Source of the DNA: Psychrobacter sp. HD31
Lineage (GTDB): Bacteria; Pseudomonadota; Gammaproteobacteria; Pseudomonadales; Moraxellaceae
Assembly (NCBI RefSeq): GCF_051097895.1
Contig: NZ_CP142525.1
Location: forward strand, 60,001 to 92,000
Reading direction: 5' to 3'
Length of the DNA: 32,000 nucleotides
This document shows, one piece after another, positions 17,428 through 28,032 of this stretch. The notes beneath the pieces are model-generated. The model saw only the letters and a list, made by a program, of their open reading frames with translations, was not told the origin of the DNA and did not search any database. Position 1 is the stretch's first letter. Each line of letters starts with the position of its first letter. The translations under genes were made by a program, and so were the position numbers.

Positions 17428-19221
17428 TTACGCTTCTGGTGCGAAGTAATCCAAATCAAATTCCATCATTGACTGGCTACCTGCTTTGACCATTTCTGCA
17501 TGAGCATGAATGCGTGGCAATACTCGACCAACGTAATAGTCAGCTAGTTTGGCTTTATTGGCATAAAACTCGCCTTCTTGGCCATTTGCTGCCTCTACCA
17601 TCATTGCAAACATATACGCATACGCCATGTAACCTGTCGCCGCTAAATAATCAACCGCACAACCATTGATTTCATCTTTATGTTCACTCAAATTAGCAAG
17701 CACTGATTTGGTGATTTCTTCGACGGTCTCTGTGGCTTTTAGAGTCGCTTCTTTAACCGCATGCTCCGCTGTCATATTGGCAATAAACTCACGGATTTCA
17801 GCGATAAAGTCTGCCATAAATGAGCCACCATTTTTAGCAACTTTTCGACCCAGCAGGTCAAGCGATTGAATGCCATTAGTTCCTTCATAAATTTGGGCAA
17901 TACGAGTATCACGAACGATTTGTTCCATGCCCCATTCACGAATATAACCATGACCACCATAAACTTGTTGACAGTCGATGGTTGCTTCTAGAGCCTTGTC
18001 TGTTAAGAAAGCCTTAGTTACAGGAGTCAATAGAGCAACACGCTCAGACGCTGCTTTCTTAGCATCAGCATCTGTGCTGAACTTAGCAATGTCTAACTGA
18101 CGAGCCACATACATAGCGAAACAACGAGAGGCTTCGGCATTTGTTTTCGCATTCAGTAGCATACGACGGATGTCAGCATGATGGATGAGTTGGTCAGCAG
18201 ATTTGTCTGGGTTTTTAACGCCACTATCACTACGAGACTGTAGACGGTCATTCGCATAAACAAGGGCATTTTGATAGGCAAGCTCTGTGCCACCCAAGCC
18301 TTGTAAGCCCATGGTCAGACGCTCATAGTTCATCATAATGAACATTGAAGCCAAGCCTGTATTTTCTTCACCAATCATCCAGCCTTTGGCATTATCGAAG
18401 TTCATGACACAGGTTGCAGAGGCTTTGATGCCCATTTTATGTTCGATAGAACCAGCAGAAACCTTGTTTCGCTCACCTAGACTGCCATCATCATTGACTA
18501 GGAACTTTGGTACTAAAAATAGTGAAATACCACGAGAACCAGCTGGTGCATCTGGTGTCTTAGCAAGGACTAAGTGAATGATGTTTTCAGTTAGGTCGTG
18601 CTCACCACCTGTGATAAAGATTTTGGTACCTGTGATGTCATAACTGCCATCATCATTTGGTACTGCTTTGGTTTTGATAATACCAAGGTCAGTACCAGCG
18701 TGTGGTTCAGTCAGGCACATAGTACCCGACCAAGTGCCTTCATACATTTTTTCAAGATAGGTCTGTTTTTGTTCTTCTGAAGCAGACGCCAGCATTGAAA
18801 GGCTTGCACCAACGGTTAAGTTAGGATATAAAGAGAACGATTGGTTTGTACTGAACATCATTTCTTCAGCAAGCATGGTCACCATTTTAGGAAAACCTTG
18901 ACCACCATATTCTGGGTCACCGCCAAGTCCAATCCAGCCACCTTCTGCGTACTGGTTGTAAGCTTCTTTAAAGCCAGCTGGCGTGCTCACCGCACCATTA
19001 CCATCTTCACCGATGACATGCTTTGCACCTTCTTCATCGCCTTCACGATTAATAGGAAGCAAAACATTTTTTGATAGTTTTGCCATTTCTTCCAAAATCA
19101 TGTTAACGGTATCCATATCAACATGTTCTAGTTTTTCATTGGCTTGCCATAGTTGTTCTGCTTTAAATACGTCATTAAGGATGAAACGCATGTCTTGTAG
19201 GGGAGCGTTATAAACTGCCAT
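17428..19221 (-). CDS. ~600-aa acyl-CoA dehydrogenase (FadE1/FadE2-like, with extra N- and C-terminal domains)
   Basis: MCLTEPHAGTDLG and IYEGTNGIQSLDLLGRK are ACAD signatures. Length and domain order resemble Pseudomonas FadE1/FadE2. An AAGGA RBS is present. Confidence 0.85.
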   Translation of the reverse strand: MAVYNAPLQDMRFILNDVFKAEQLWQANEKLEHVDMDTVNMILEEMAKLSKNVLLPINREGDEEGAKHVIGEDGNGAVSTPAGFKEAYNQYAEGGWIGLGGDPEYGGQGFPKMVTMLAEEMMFSTNQSFSLYPNLTVGASLSMLASASEEQKQTYLEKMYEGTWSGTMCLTEPHAGTDLGIIKTKAVPNDDGSYDITGTKIFITGGEHDLTENIIHLVLAKTPDAPAGSRGISLFLVPKFLVNDDGSLGERNKVSAGSIEHKMGIKASATCVMNFDNAKGWMIGEENTGLASMFIMMNYERLTMGLQGLGGTELAYQNALVYANDRLQSRSDSGVKNPDKSADQLIHHADIRRMLLNAKTNAEASRCFAMYVARQLDIAKFSTDADAKKAASERVALLTPVTKAFLTDKALEATIDCQQVYGGHGYIREWGMEQIVRDTRIAQIYEGTNGIQSLDLLGRKVAKNGGSFMADFIAEIREFIANMTAEHAVKEATLKATETVEEITKSVLANLSEHKDEINGCAVDYLAATGYMAYAYMFAMMVEAANGQEGEFYANKAKLADYYVGRVLPRIHAHAEMVKAGSQSMMEFDLDYFAPEA

Positions 19222-19526
19222 ATAGGAGTCCTTTTTTGTTTAATTGATTGGATATAACAAAGAAATAATTGATATGGTTATGATAGCAAAAAATGCTTTT
19301 AAATGTGTACCAGCGTGTAACTAGTTGGTCATCATTTTTAGTTTTTTGGATGTTTTATTTTAAGTCTTAATTTTGGTTGCTTTTTATCATTTAGCTAATT
19401 TAACTAGGGTTGTAGTTTGTTTTAAAAATTTTTATATTTTTATATGTGTTATCCAGTTGATATAAAATACCAATTTTTTACATAAGGTCAGGTATTTGCT
19501 TAACAAAACCTTCCATTAATTCACAA

Positions 19527-19558
19527 TAAAAAAGCGAGCTACAATTATGCAGCTCGCC
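19527..19558 (-). terminator. intrinsic terminator after the second acyl-CoA dehydrogenase gene
   Basis: GCGAGCT (19534-19540) pairs with AGCTCGC (19551-19557). On the minus strand a T-run follows it. Confidence 0.7.
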
Positions 19559-19581
19559 TTTGGTTATTGATTTAAAGTCAA

Positions 19582-21369
19582 TTAAAACTGAAACTGATCC
19601 ACAGTCATGCTCATGTATGGTTCTACACCAGTGTCGATACGTTTTACATATGTTTCGGTACGTGGCAACAACTTAGTAAAGTAGAACTGTGCTGTTTTAA
19701 TCTTCGCATCATAAAAATCACGTTCTGTGGTATCGCCAGCAAGCTCTGTTTGAGCGATTAATGCCATACGTGCCCATAGATAAGCAAGTGTTACATAACC
19801 ACTAAAGTACATGTAATCAACCGCTGCAGCACCTACAGCATCAGCATCTTGCATTGCTTGCATACCAATGCGTGCGGTTAAGTCGCCCCATTGTTTGTTT
19901 AGCTTAGCAAGCGGACGGATGAATTGCCCCATCTCATCGTTATCTGCATTAGCAGCACAGAATTTATGAATAATTTTGCTAAAGTTTGCTAGCATTTTGC
20001 CTTGCGTGCCTAGTACTTTACGGCCTAGCAAGTCAAGAGACTGAATTTCAGTTGTTCCTTCGTATAAACAAGCAATACGCGTATCACGTACATTTTGTTC
20101 CATACCCCATTCTCTAACAAAGCCATGACCACCATATATCTGCACACCATGGTTAGCTGCTTCGTAACCAGTTTCGGTTAAAAATGCTTTAGCAATTGGT
20201 GTCAATAGAGATAACATGTCATCTGCTGCTTTTTTGTCTTCGCCTTTTTCTACAATATCAGCAAAAGTTGCAAGATAGTAAACCAAGGCACGACCGCCTT
20301 CAGCAAACGCTTTTGAGGTTAGTAGCATGTTACGTACAGCTGGATGAACAATAATTGGATCCGCTGCTTTTTCTGGTGCTTTAACGCCAGATAAACTACG
20401 CATTGCTAAACGATCTTTTGCGTAAGTTAAACCACCTTGGAAAGCATACTCTGCAGCGGTTAAACCCTGAACTGCAGTACCAATACGCGCAACGTTCATA
20501 AAGGTAAACATACAGTTTAGACCTTTATTTTTAGGTCCAATTAAAAAGCCTTTTGCTTTATCAAAGTTAAGAACAGCAGTAGCAGATGCTTTAATACCCA
20601 TTTTGTGTTCAATAGAACCACATCTTACGCCATTACGGTCACCTAAGCTGCCGTCTGCATTTACATTTACTTTTGGTACAATAAATAGTGAAATACCTTT
20701 GGTACCTTTTGGTGCATCTGGTAGGCGTGCAAGTACGATATGAACAATGTTATCTGTCATATCATGCTCACCAGCAGAAATGAAGATTTTTTCACCCGTA
20801 ATTTGGTATGAGCCATCTTCTTGTGGCTCCGCTTTAGTGCGGATTATACCAAGGTCAGAACCTGCATGAGACTCAGTTAGACACATAGTGCCAGACCACT
20901 CACCAGTTACCATTTTTTCAAGGAACAAGTCTTTTTGTTCGTCAGTACCGTGGTGCTCAACAGTTGCGATTGCACCATGTGACAAACCAGGGTACATAGA
21001 TAATGACCAGTTTGCAGTACCCATGATTTCATTAATTGCTGTACCAACAGAAAATGGCAGACCTAAGCCACCGTATTTTTCATCAGCAGCAAGTGCAGCA
21101 AAGCCGAGTTCACAGTACTGCTTGTAGGCTTCTTTAAAGCCTTTTGGTGTTGTTACAACGCCATCGTTCCAAGTACAACCTTCTTCATCGCCAGAACGAT
21201 TTAATGGTGCCATCTCGTTTTCGGCAAAGTTAGCAGCCATTTCTACTAGGCTATCAACTTGTTCGCGGTCAACAGCAGAATAAGCTGGTACTGTCTGATA
21301 ATGTTTTTCTACTTGTAAAAGCTCGTGCAGTACAAACTGCATGTCGCGTATAGGGGCTTTGTATTCCAT
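19582..21369 (-). CDS. ~600-aa acyl-CoA dehydrogenase, paralog of 17428-19221
   Basis: MCLTESHAGSDLG and LYEGTTEIQSLDLLGRK are present. It is collinear with the neighbouring paralog along the whole length. An AAGGAAG RBS is present. Confidence 0.85.
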   Translation of the reverse strand: MEYKAPIRDMQFVLHELLQVEKHYQTVPAYSAVDREQVDSLVEMAANFAENEMAPLNRSGDEEGCTWNDGVVTTPKGFKEAYKQYCELGFAALAADEKYGGLGLPFSVGTAINEIMGTANWSLSMYPGLSHGAIATVEHHGTDEQKDLFLEKMVTGEWSGTMCLTESHAGSDLGIIRTKAEPQEDGSYQITGEKIFISAGEHDMTDNIVHIVLARLPDAPKGTKGISLFIVPKVNVNADGSLGDRNGVRCGSIEHKMGIKASATAVLNFDKAKGFLIGPKNKGLNCMFTFMNVARIGTAVQGLTAAEYAFQGGLTYAKDRLAMRSLSGVKAPEKAADPIIVHPAVRNMLLTSKAFAEGGRALVYYLATFADIVEKGEDKKAADDMLSLLTPIAKAFLTETGYEAANHGVQIYGGHGFVREWGMEQNVRDTRIACLYEGTTEIQSLDLLGRKVLGTQGKMLANFSKIIHKFCAANADNDEMGQFIRPLAKLNKQWGDLTARIGMQAMQDADAVGAAAVDYMYFSGYVTLAYLWARMALIAQTELAGDTTERDFYDAKIKTAQFYFTKLLPRTETYVKRIDTGVEPYMSMTVDQFQF

Positions 21370-21601
21370 GGCAATCTTCCTTATTGATTGTGGTTTTCAG
21401 GTTATGTATCGCTGCTATGGTTTTTTGTTTTATATAGACAACATAAACTATATAGTAACATTTACAAAACAACGAACGTAATTTGGATTAACCTTACGTG
21501 ATTGTAAGATAGTTTTTTATACTACTTTGTACAAGGCTTGAACAAGGACTCATTAGTCATTTTGGGGTGTTGATTTAGATATTAACTGTCAGATGAATCA
21601 T

Positions 21602-22465
21602 TTAATTTAAATCTTGCCAAGCTTGTAATGTTGCTAATGCAACAACAGGCGCAGTTTCTGTCCGCATGACACGCTTACCAATTTGCCATGCCTGCCAACC
21701 TACAGCTTCTGCTGTAATAACTTCCTCTTCACTTAACCCGCCTTCAGAACCAATTAATAGCTGGATATAAGGGGTTTTGGATTTATCTTTCATTAGGCTA
21801 ATTAAACCGCCAGGGATGGGCGGATTATCACCCTTTGGTACAGCAAGTAACAGCTTTATATCAGGGCGAATGTCAGCTGCCTGATTAATTCTTTTATAAT
21901 TGTCTGATTCGGCAATCGTTTGCATATAATCGCACATCTCGGTTATTTGCGTTTCATCTTTTAACCAGTCGTTTATAGATATCGGAGCATAAATAATGGG
22001 TGGCGTGTTTAAGCCACATTGTTCACAGGCAGAAAGCGCCACTTGCTGCCAATGATTGAGTTTTTTGTCCACCTGAGCAGGCTTTAAACGTACCTCGCCA
22101 TGGTGACTAGAAAGTAGCTGGATGGCAGTCACACCAAGTTCGGTCGCTTTTTGAATCGCATAATCCATGCGCTCGCCACGGCTCATTACCAACCCAATTT
22201 TGCTAATAAAATTTGCATTGTTATTAACAGGGTTGAATTTGACTATTTTTGCCAAGGCAGACTTTTTTTGTATTTGTGTTAATTCAACTTGATATTCTCC
22301 GCCTAAACCATCAAATAAAATACCATGATCACCCACTTTTGCACGTAGTACTCTACACCAATGATGGAAGGGTACTTCGGTAAGTGTAAACTCTGTTCCG
22401 ACTGCTATTTGAGACAAAGGAGCAGCAGTTTCAGAGTTGTTAATGTCATAAAAAAAACGACGCAT
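21602..22465 (-). CDS. rsmE: 16S rRNA (uracil1498-N3)-methyltransferase RsmE
   Basis: MSRGERMDYAIQKATELGV, LLIGSEGGLS and RVMRTETAP are RsmE motifs. It is ~40 aa longer than E. coli RsmE because of an insertion before the SAM-binding knot. Confidence 0.8.
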   Translation of the reverse strand: MRRFFYDINNSETAAPLSQIAVGTEFTLTEVPFHHWCRVLRAKVGDHGILFDGLGGEYQVELTQIQKKSALAKIVKFNPVNNNANFISKIGLVMSRGERMDYAIQKATELGVTAIQLLSSHHGEVRLKPAQVDKKLNHWQQVALSACEQCGLNTPPIIYAPISINDWLKDETQITEMCDYMQTIAESDNYKRINQAADIRPDIKLLLAVPKGDNPPIPGGLISLMKDKSKTPYIQLLIGSEGGLSEEEVITAEAVGWQAWQIGKRVMRTETAPVVALATLQAWQDLN

Positions 22466-22807
22466 AGGGTTCTCATCTTGTTTTAAGTTTTTTAGGCTAG
22501 CTATTCATTTAACTAATAGTAGTTGTCTGGTTAATTAAGGTTAAATGAAATGGTGTCTGGATATCAATTTGATATAGGCTATTATTATACTTAAGATATG
22601 ACGGATTTTCACCCAAGTTATTTTTGCCCAAACCGTAAAAAACGGTTGCTAAAATTAAGGTAAATGACGTTTTAAAAACAAATGTGAAAATTAGATAGCC
22701 AATATAATAGTAAAAAAAGCTTAGCGATGTAACCGTATAGATTATACATTGTTATGTAAACGACTAACATTAATATAACCACTTTAATAATATACAAAGG
22801 TATCGGT

Positions 22808-23248
22808 ATGACAACAGATAAAGACGCTTTAGATATGTTTGAGATGATGGATAAGGCAGAAGAGCAAAGACTCGTAAATTATAATCACATCACTTATTTA
22901 TTGTATTTGGTTAGTTATTTTACAGCGGGGTTGTTGTGGATTGTACCAATTATTTTAAACTATCTTAAACGAAATGATGCCAAAGGTACTTGGTTAGCCA
23001 GTCATTTTACTTGGCAGATTCATACCTTTTGGTACAGCATTATTGGTTGTGTTATCGGAATAGCCGTTATGTTTTTTTCTGCTGGCAGTCTAGGTATTAG
23101 TGCCTTTACCGAAAGCCAAAACTTGGCAGTGAGCTCATTTTTAATTTTTGGTATGGGTGCTTTGTTATTTTTGCTATCCATTTTGTGGCATTTATATCGT
23201 ATTGTACGTGGTTGGATTGCGTTAACAAATCGTGAAGGTCTGTCTTAA
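22808..23248 (+). CDS. small integral membrane protein (DUF4870/COG3671-like)
   Basis: It has three to four TM helices. YLKRNDAKGTWLASHFTWQIHTFW resembles the conserved loop I recall for this family. Confidence 0.5.
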   Translation: MTTDKDALDMFEMMDKAEEQRLVNYNHITYLLYLVSYFTAGLLWIVPIILNYLKRNDAKGTWLASHFTWQIHTFWYSIIGCVIGIAVMFFSAGSLGISAFTESQNLAVSSFLIFGMGALLFLLSILWHLYRIVRGWIALTNREGLS

Positions 23249-23373
23249 ATTAAAGTAATATAGCCCTTTGGTGATATTGTCTTTTTATTACAACTTTATG
23301 TCAATTATTTAATGATTGGTATGCTATAATCGACCAGTTACTTTGTTTGGATTAATTACAGGTATACCAGTTT

Positions 23374-24408
23374 ATGTCATACTCGCTATTACGTCCTTTT
23401 CTATTTAGTATGGATCCTGAAAAAGCGCATGAGTTTACCCTAGAGCTTTTAGAAAAGGCACACAAAGCTAAGTTACTTGGTTTTGTTTATGCACAGCAGT
23501 CGTTGCCTGTTGAGTGCATGGGTATGGTATTTAATAACCCTGTCGGCTTGGCAGCAGGGTTGGATAAAAATGCTGATTATATTGATGCACTGGGCGAGCT
23601 GGGTTTTGGCTTTATCGAAGTTGGTACAGTCACCCCAAAACCACAAGAGGGTAATCAAAAACCAAGAATGTTTCGTCTAAAAGAAGCAAACGCCATTATT
23701 AATCGAATGGGCTTTAACAATAAAGGTGTTGACCACTTAATTCGCAATATGCGTAAATGCAAATATAAAGGCAACATTGGTATCAATATTGGCAAAAATG
23801 CCATCACTCCTGTAGAGCATGCTGCGGCTGATTATATTTATTGTCTAGAACGCGTCTATCCATATGCCTCTTATATCACTGTTAACATTTCTTCTCCAAA
23901 CACAAAAAATTTGCGTGACCTGCAATCTGGTGACGCATTGCGCAAACTACTGTTTGAAATAAAATCTCGCCACTTGCAGTTGGCAGTAGACTATGGGTTT
24001 TATGTGCCGTTGGTGCTAAAAGTGGCACCAGATTTAGAGCCTGAGCAGATTGAATTCATTTGCCAACAACTACTAGATTTTGATATCGACGGTCTTATCA
24101 CAACCAATACAACCATTAGCCGTATAGGGGTAGAAGATTTACCAAATGGTAATGAAGCAGGTGGTTTGTCTGGTCGTCCGGTTAGTCATATGAGTACAAT
24201 GGTACTTGAACAGTTTACCGATATTTTAGAAGATAAAGTTGCTGTTATTGGTGTGGGTGGTATTGACAGTGGTGATAAAGCTGTCAAAAAACTGCAAGCA
24301 GGTGCAAGTTTGGTGCAGTTATATTCTGGTTTGATTTATAAAGGACCAAGCCTTGTGCAAGAGAGTATCCAAGCAATTGGTGGATATTACGATACATTAG
24401 AGTCTTAA
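23374..24408 (+). CDS. pyrD: dihydroorotate dehydrogenase (quinone), class 2
   Basis: The N-terminal membrane-associated helix is [38 protein letters not shown] and GGLSGRP are present. Confidence 0.95.
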   Translation: MSYSLLRPFLFSMDPEKAHEFTLELLEKAHKAKLLGFVYAQQSLPVECMGMVFNNPVGLAAGLDKNADYIDALGELGFGFIEVGTVTPKPQEGNQKPRMFRLKEANAIINRMGFNNKGVDHLIRNMRKCKYKGNIGINIGKNAITPVEHAAADYIYCLERVYPYASYITVNISSPNTKNLRDLQSGDALRKLLFEIKSRHLQLAVDYGFYVPLVLKVAPDLEPEQIEFICQQLLDFDIDGLITTNTTISRIGVEDLPNGNEAGGLSGRPVSHMSTMVLEQFTDILEDKVAVIGVGGIDSGDKAVKKLQAGASLVQLYSGLIYKGPSLVQESIQAIGGYYDTLES

Positions 24409-24425
24409 ACAAAGAGTTTTTATAG

Positions 24426-24938
24426 ATGAATGAGTTAGGTGTTTTAGATCTTATATTGCTGGCCTTTATTTTACTTGGGCTATGGAAGGGGTTTAGTGCA
24501 GGGTTTATTAAATCGGTTGTTAGTTTACTTGGCTGGTTTATTGCACTGGTTGCAGGTACCAGGTTGGCAGAGGTTGTTGCGCCAAACTTACAAGGCTTTA
24601 TTACAAGTGAAGTTTTACAGCTGGCCTTAGGCTTTTTGTTAGTGGTTTTTGTGGTTATTTGTGTGGTTTACTTACTTGGTAGTATTTTAACCAAATTGTT
24701 AAGCAGCCTACGATTGGGCTTTTTAGATAAAATGGCAGGTGGTATTTTAGGTGGTGCGAAAAACTTGTTAATTATTTTAGTGTTAATCAGTGCAACTGCA
24801 CCTATGTTAATGAGTTCATCTTTTTGGCAATCATCTAAGTTGGCACCCGAGCTAATGCCTTATTCACCAATGGCAAAAACACTGGTACAAAAAGTGTTTG
24901 GTAAAGCTTGGCATCAAATTAACCAACCACAAGATTGA
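24426..24938 (+). CDS. cvpA: CvpA-family membrane protein
   Basis: A four-TM small protein immediately upstream of purF (conserved cvpA-purF pairing). Its N-terminus has a CvpA-like WKGFSAGFIKSVVSLLGW segment. Confidence 0.8.
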   Translation: MNELGVLDLILLAFILLGLWKGFSAGFIKSVVSLLGWFIALVAGTRLAEVVAPNLQGFITSEVLQLALGFLLVVFVVICVVYLLGSILTKLLSSLRLGFLDKMAGGILGGAKNLLIILVLISATAPMLMSSSFWQSSKLAPELMPYSPMAKTLVQKVFGKAWHQINQPQD

Positions 24939-24952
24939 TTTATTTATTATTG

Positions 24953-24982
24953 GCTTAAATTATTAATTTAAGCTTTATTTTT
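24953..24982 (+). terminator. weak AT-rich hairpin plus T-run between cvpA and purF (possible attenuator or partial terminator)
   Basis: GCTTAAATTA/TAATTTAAGC is an inverted repeat (24953-24973) followed by TTTATTTTT. The stem is entirely AT-rich apart from its ends. Confidence 0.3.
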
Positions 24983-25083
24983 GCCATTTAGTCATCAAGA
25001 AAATAATGGCTAATGTGCAAAAAATGTTTGGGTTTTCTTTAATTTAATGGTGTTTTTTAATCGTAAATGATACGAGGTTTAAT

Positions 25084-26622
25084 ATGTGTGGAGTTGTTGG
25101 CATTGCTGCCCACCAGCCAGTTAATCAAATGTTGTATGACGCTTTAACAATGTTGCAACACAGAGGGCAAGATGCTGCGGGCATCGCAACCTTGCAAAAT
25201 GGGCGTTTCTTTTTGCGTAAAGACAATGGTATGGTGCGTGATGTGTTTATGACACGTCATATGATGCGCTTGGTTGGTTCAATCGGTATTGGGCATGTGC
25301 GTTATCCAACCGCGGGTACTTCCAGCAGTGCAGAGGCACAACCTTTTTATTCAAATACCCCTTATGGTGTCATGCTTGCCCATAATGGTAATCTAACCAA
25401 TGCCGATAAAGTAGCAAAACAACTTTATCAAGAAGATCGCCGTCACCTCAATACCGATTCAGATTCTGAAGTTTTGCTTAACGTTGTTGCTCATGAATTG
25501 ATGGCCGTTAATAAAACACAGTTAAGTGCTGATGATATTTTTACTGCCGTTAGTGGCGTATATAAAAGAGTAGAAGGCGCCTACGGTGTGGTTGCGTTAA
25601 TCACGGGGCATGGTTTATTGGCATTTCGAGATCCTAATGGCATTCGTCCACTGATTTATGGTAAGCGTGACCTTGCAGAAGGCAAAGTTGAATACATGGT
25701 TGCATCAGAGTCTGTTGCCCTAACAGGCGCAGGTTTTGAGATTATTGATAATGTCAAACCTGGTGAGGCAATTTTTATTGACCTTGATAATAATTTGCAT
25801 AAAAAACAATGTACTGAAGCAAAAGAGTATACCCCTTGTATTTTTGAATATGTTTATTTTGCTCGTCCTGATTCAATTATGGACAATATTTCTGTTTACA
25901 AATCTCGTTTGAGAATGGGTGAAACATTAGCAAGTAAGATTGAAACAGAATGGGGTAAGCAGCATGATATTGACGTGGTAATCCCGATTCCTGATACTTC
26001 ACGTACTTCTGCATTAGAGCTAGCAATGGCGCTAAATGTTAAATACCGTGAAGGGTTTACTAAAAACCGTTATATTGGTCGCACCTTTATTATGCCAGGT
26101 CAACAACAACGTAAAAAATCGGTTCGTCAAAAATTAAGTGCGGTACCGTTAGAGTTTAAAGATAAAAATGTATTGTTAGTTGATGACTCTATTGTACGTG
26201 GTACCACATGCCAAGAAATCATTCAGATGGCGCGTGATGCCGGCGCAAAAAAGGTATTTTTTGCCAGTGCTGCGCCACCTGTGACTTACCCTAACGTTTA
26301 TGGGATTGATATGCCAGCACGTACAGAATTAATTGCATCAGGGCATACAGTAGAAGAAGTCAGAGGCATCATTGGTGCTGACCGTTTGATTTTTCAAGAT
26401 TTAAGTGATTTGATCGAAGCGGTTCAAGACACGAAACATAGCCGTGTAGAAGGGTTTGATTGTGCTGTATTTAATGGTAAATACATTACAGGTAATATTG
26501 ATGAAGCCTATTTAGATAATCTTCAGCAGCAACGCAATGATATTGCTAAGTCTGGCAACAAAAATAAGGGTATAGAAAATACCGGTGATGCACCCGTTGA
26601 CATGACGGGTATTGAAGACTAG
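25084..26622 (+). CDS. purF: amidophosphoribosyltransferase
   Basis: MCGVVGI supplies the Ntn catalytic Cys. The PRPP loop is [13 protein letters not shown]. Size is 512 aa. Confidence 0.97.
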   Translation: MCGVVGIAAHQPVNQMLYDALTMLQHRGQDAAGIATLQNGRFFLRKDNGMVRDVFMTRHMMRLVGSIGIGHVRYPTAGTSSSAEAQPFYSNTPYGVMLAHNGNLTNADKVAKQLYQEDRRHLNTDSDSEVLLNVVAHELMAVNKTQLSADDIFTAVSGVYKRVEGAYGVVALITGHGLLAFRDPNGIRPLIYGKRDLAEGKVEYMVASESVALTGAGFEIIDNVKPGEAIFIDLDNNLHKKQCTEAKEYTPCIFEYVYFARPDSIMDNISVYKSRLRMGETLASKIETEWGKQHDIDVVIPIPDTSRTSALELAMALNVKYREGFTKNRYIGRTFIMPGQQQRKKSVRQKLSAVPLEFKDKNVLLVDDSIVRGTTCQEIIQMARDAGAKKVFFASAAPPVTYPNVYGIDMPARTELIASGHTVEEVRGIIGADRLIFQDLSDLIEAVQDTKHSRVEGFDCAVFNGKYITGNIDEAYLDNLQQQRNDIAKSGNKNKGIENTGDAPVDMTGIED

Positions 26623-26715
26623 TTTAAGATTTTATATTTAAAAATATCATCCTTTAATGAAAGAAATTTTTATCAAAGTTTTGTTTAGTGTAATAATTTT
26701 TTTCAATTTGAATTT

Positions 26716-26745
26716 AACGTCCTTATTCATAAGGACGTTTTTTTT
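26716..26745 (+). terminator. intrinsic terminator after purF
   Basis: AACGTCCTT (26716-26724) pairs with AAGGACGTT (26731-26739), followed by T8. Confidence 0.85.
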
Positions 26746-27037
26746 GGATTAATAATTTAAAAAAACTAAAAATAAAAAGATTAAATTATATATGTTTATC
26801 TTGATTTTTATAGTTATTTCTATTTTCAAAACTTTACTTCAAGTGTGCTTATAATTTTACTGAAGTTCATCTATAATATTAGAATTCCAATAACTTCAAG
26901 TCCTTGTAACAAAAAAGTAACAGAAGTGTCATAAATGGTAGTGGAATATAGAGTTGGAAAGGGTATATTGGATTTGTTATTTTATTTTTTAGAGTTTTTA
27001 ATGGTTTTATGAATTAATATTAGATTGGAGAGTGATT

Positions 27038-27994
27038 ATGGATGTGACAAAATCAATATTGGCAATAGCAATATCAACGATAGCCCTTACTGGCTGTATC
27101 AACCAAGGGATTATTGACAAAGAGAACTTAAAAGCAGTAGACCATGCAGTATGGCATAAACATGCAGATGTAGACCCAATAGATATTATCAACAAAGCAG
27201 CGCCAGAAGGGGATGCCAGTCTAGTATTTATTCGTCGCATGGACGATGACCCTGAACAAACCGGTGCGAACATCTCAATTAACGACCGCTATCAAGTTAG
27301 CCTACATCCAAACAACTACACGCAAGTTAACTCATGTGCAGGCATCAATAACATCAGTGCAGAAGTAACAGGGCTAAAAACCAACGACCTACTACTAGAC
27401 GCTCAGAAATTTGTACTAGCACCTGACAGCATCAACTTTTTTTATGTTGACGTAGATGGAGAGACAGGTGCCAGCGAAATTACCCAAATAGACGAAGTAA
27501 CCGCGAAAGAAATTTTAGAAGGCAAAACTTACCAAACCCATCAAGTAACTCGCGTTGTACCAAACTGTCCAGCAGCTAAACCAGAACCAGTCAAGCCACC
27601 AGTATTAGAAAAAGAAGTAAGAATAGAATTAGAAGTACTGTTTGATACAGATAAATCAATCATTAAACCAGCATTTATTCATGAAGTAGAAGAAGTAGCT
27701 GAATTCATGAAGGTTTATACCAACACTACTGCCCTTATCGAAGGGCATACAGATAGTCGTGCCAGTGATGCATATAACCAGAAGCTATCACAACGCCGTG
27801 CAAATGCCGTGAAAAATATGTTAATTAACCGATATGGCATAGAGGCATCTAGATTACAAGCGGTTGGTTTTGGTGAAAGTAGACCAAGAGCGACAAACAA
27901 AACTAAAGAAGGCATGCAGCTTAACCGTCGTACCATAGCCGTTATTAATGAGCGTGTACGTATCGACGAAAATGGCAATCAAATACTGGACTAA
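27038..27994 (+). CDS. OmpA-family peptidoglycan-binding lipoprotein with an N-terminal beta-rich domain
   Basis: The signal peptide has lipobox LTGC. A Pro-rich linker (PAAKPEPVKPPV) follows, then an OmpA_C domain (HTDSRASDAYNQKLSQRRANAV...NRRT). GGAG lies 7 nt before the ATG at 27038. The gene ends 38 nt upstream of the adhesin gene. Confidence 0.85.
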   Translation: MDVTKSILAIAISTIALTGCINQGIIDKENLKAVDHAVWHKHADVDPIDIINKAAPEGDASLVFIRRMDDDPEQTGANISINDRYQVSLHPNNYTQVNSCAGINNISAEVTGLKTNDLLLDAQKFVLAPDSINFFYVDVDGETGASEITQIDEVTAKEILEGKTYQTHQVTRVVPNCPAAKPEPVKPPVLEKEVRIELEVLFDTDKSIIKPAFIHEVEEVAEFMKVYTNTTALIEGHTDSRASDAYNQKLSQRRANAVKNMLINRYGIEASRLQAVGFGESRPRATNKTKEGMQLNRRTIAVINERVRIDENGNQILD

Positions 27995-28032
27995 TTAAAC
28001 ATATATCAACAAATTGAATCAAGGTAAAAAAT

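Noticed and set aside
21269-21472. A 67-aa minus-strand ORF overlapping the start of the second acyl-CoA dehydrogenase gene.
   Set aside because: It is out of frame with and overlaps a well-supported gene start that has an AAGGAAG RBS, and its product has an implausible composition.
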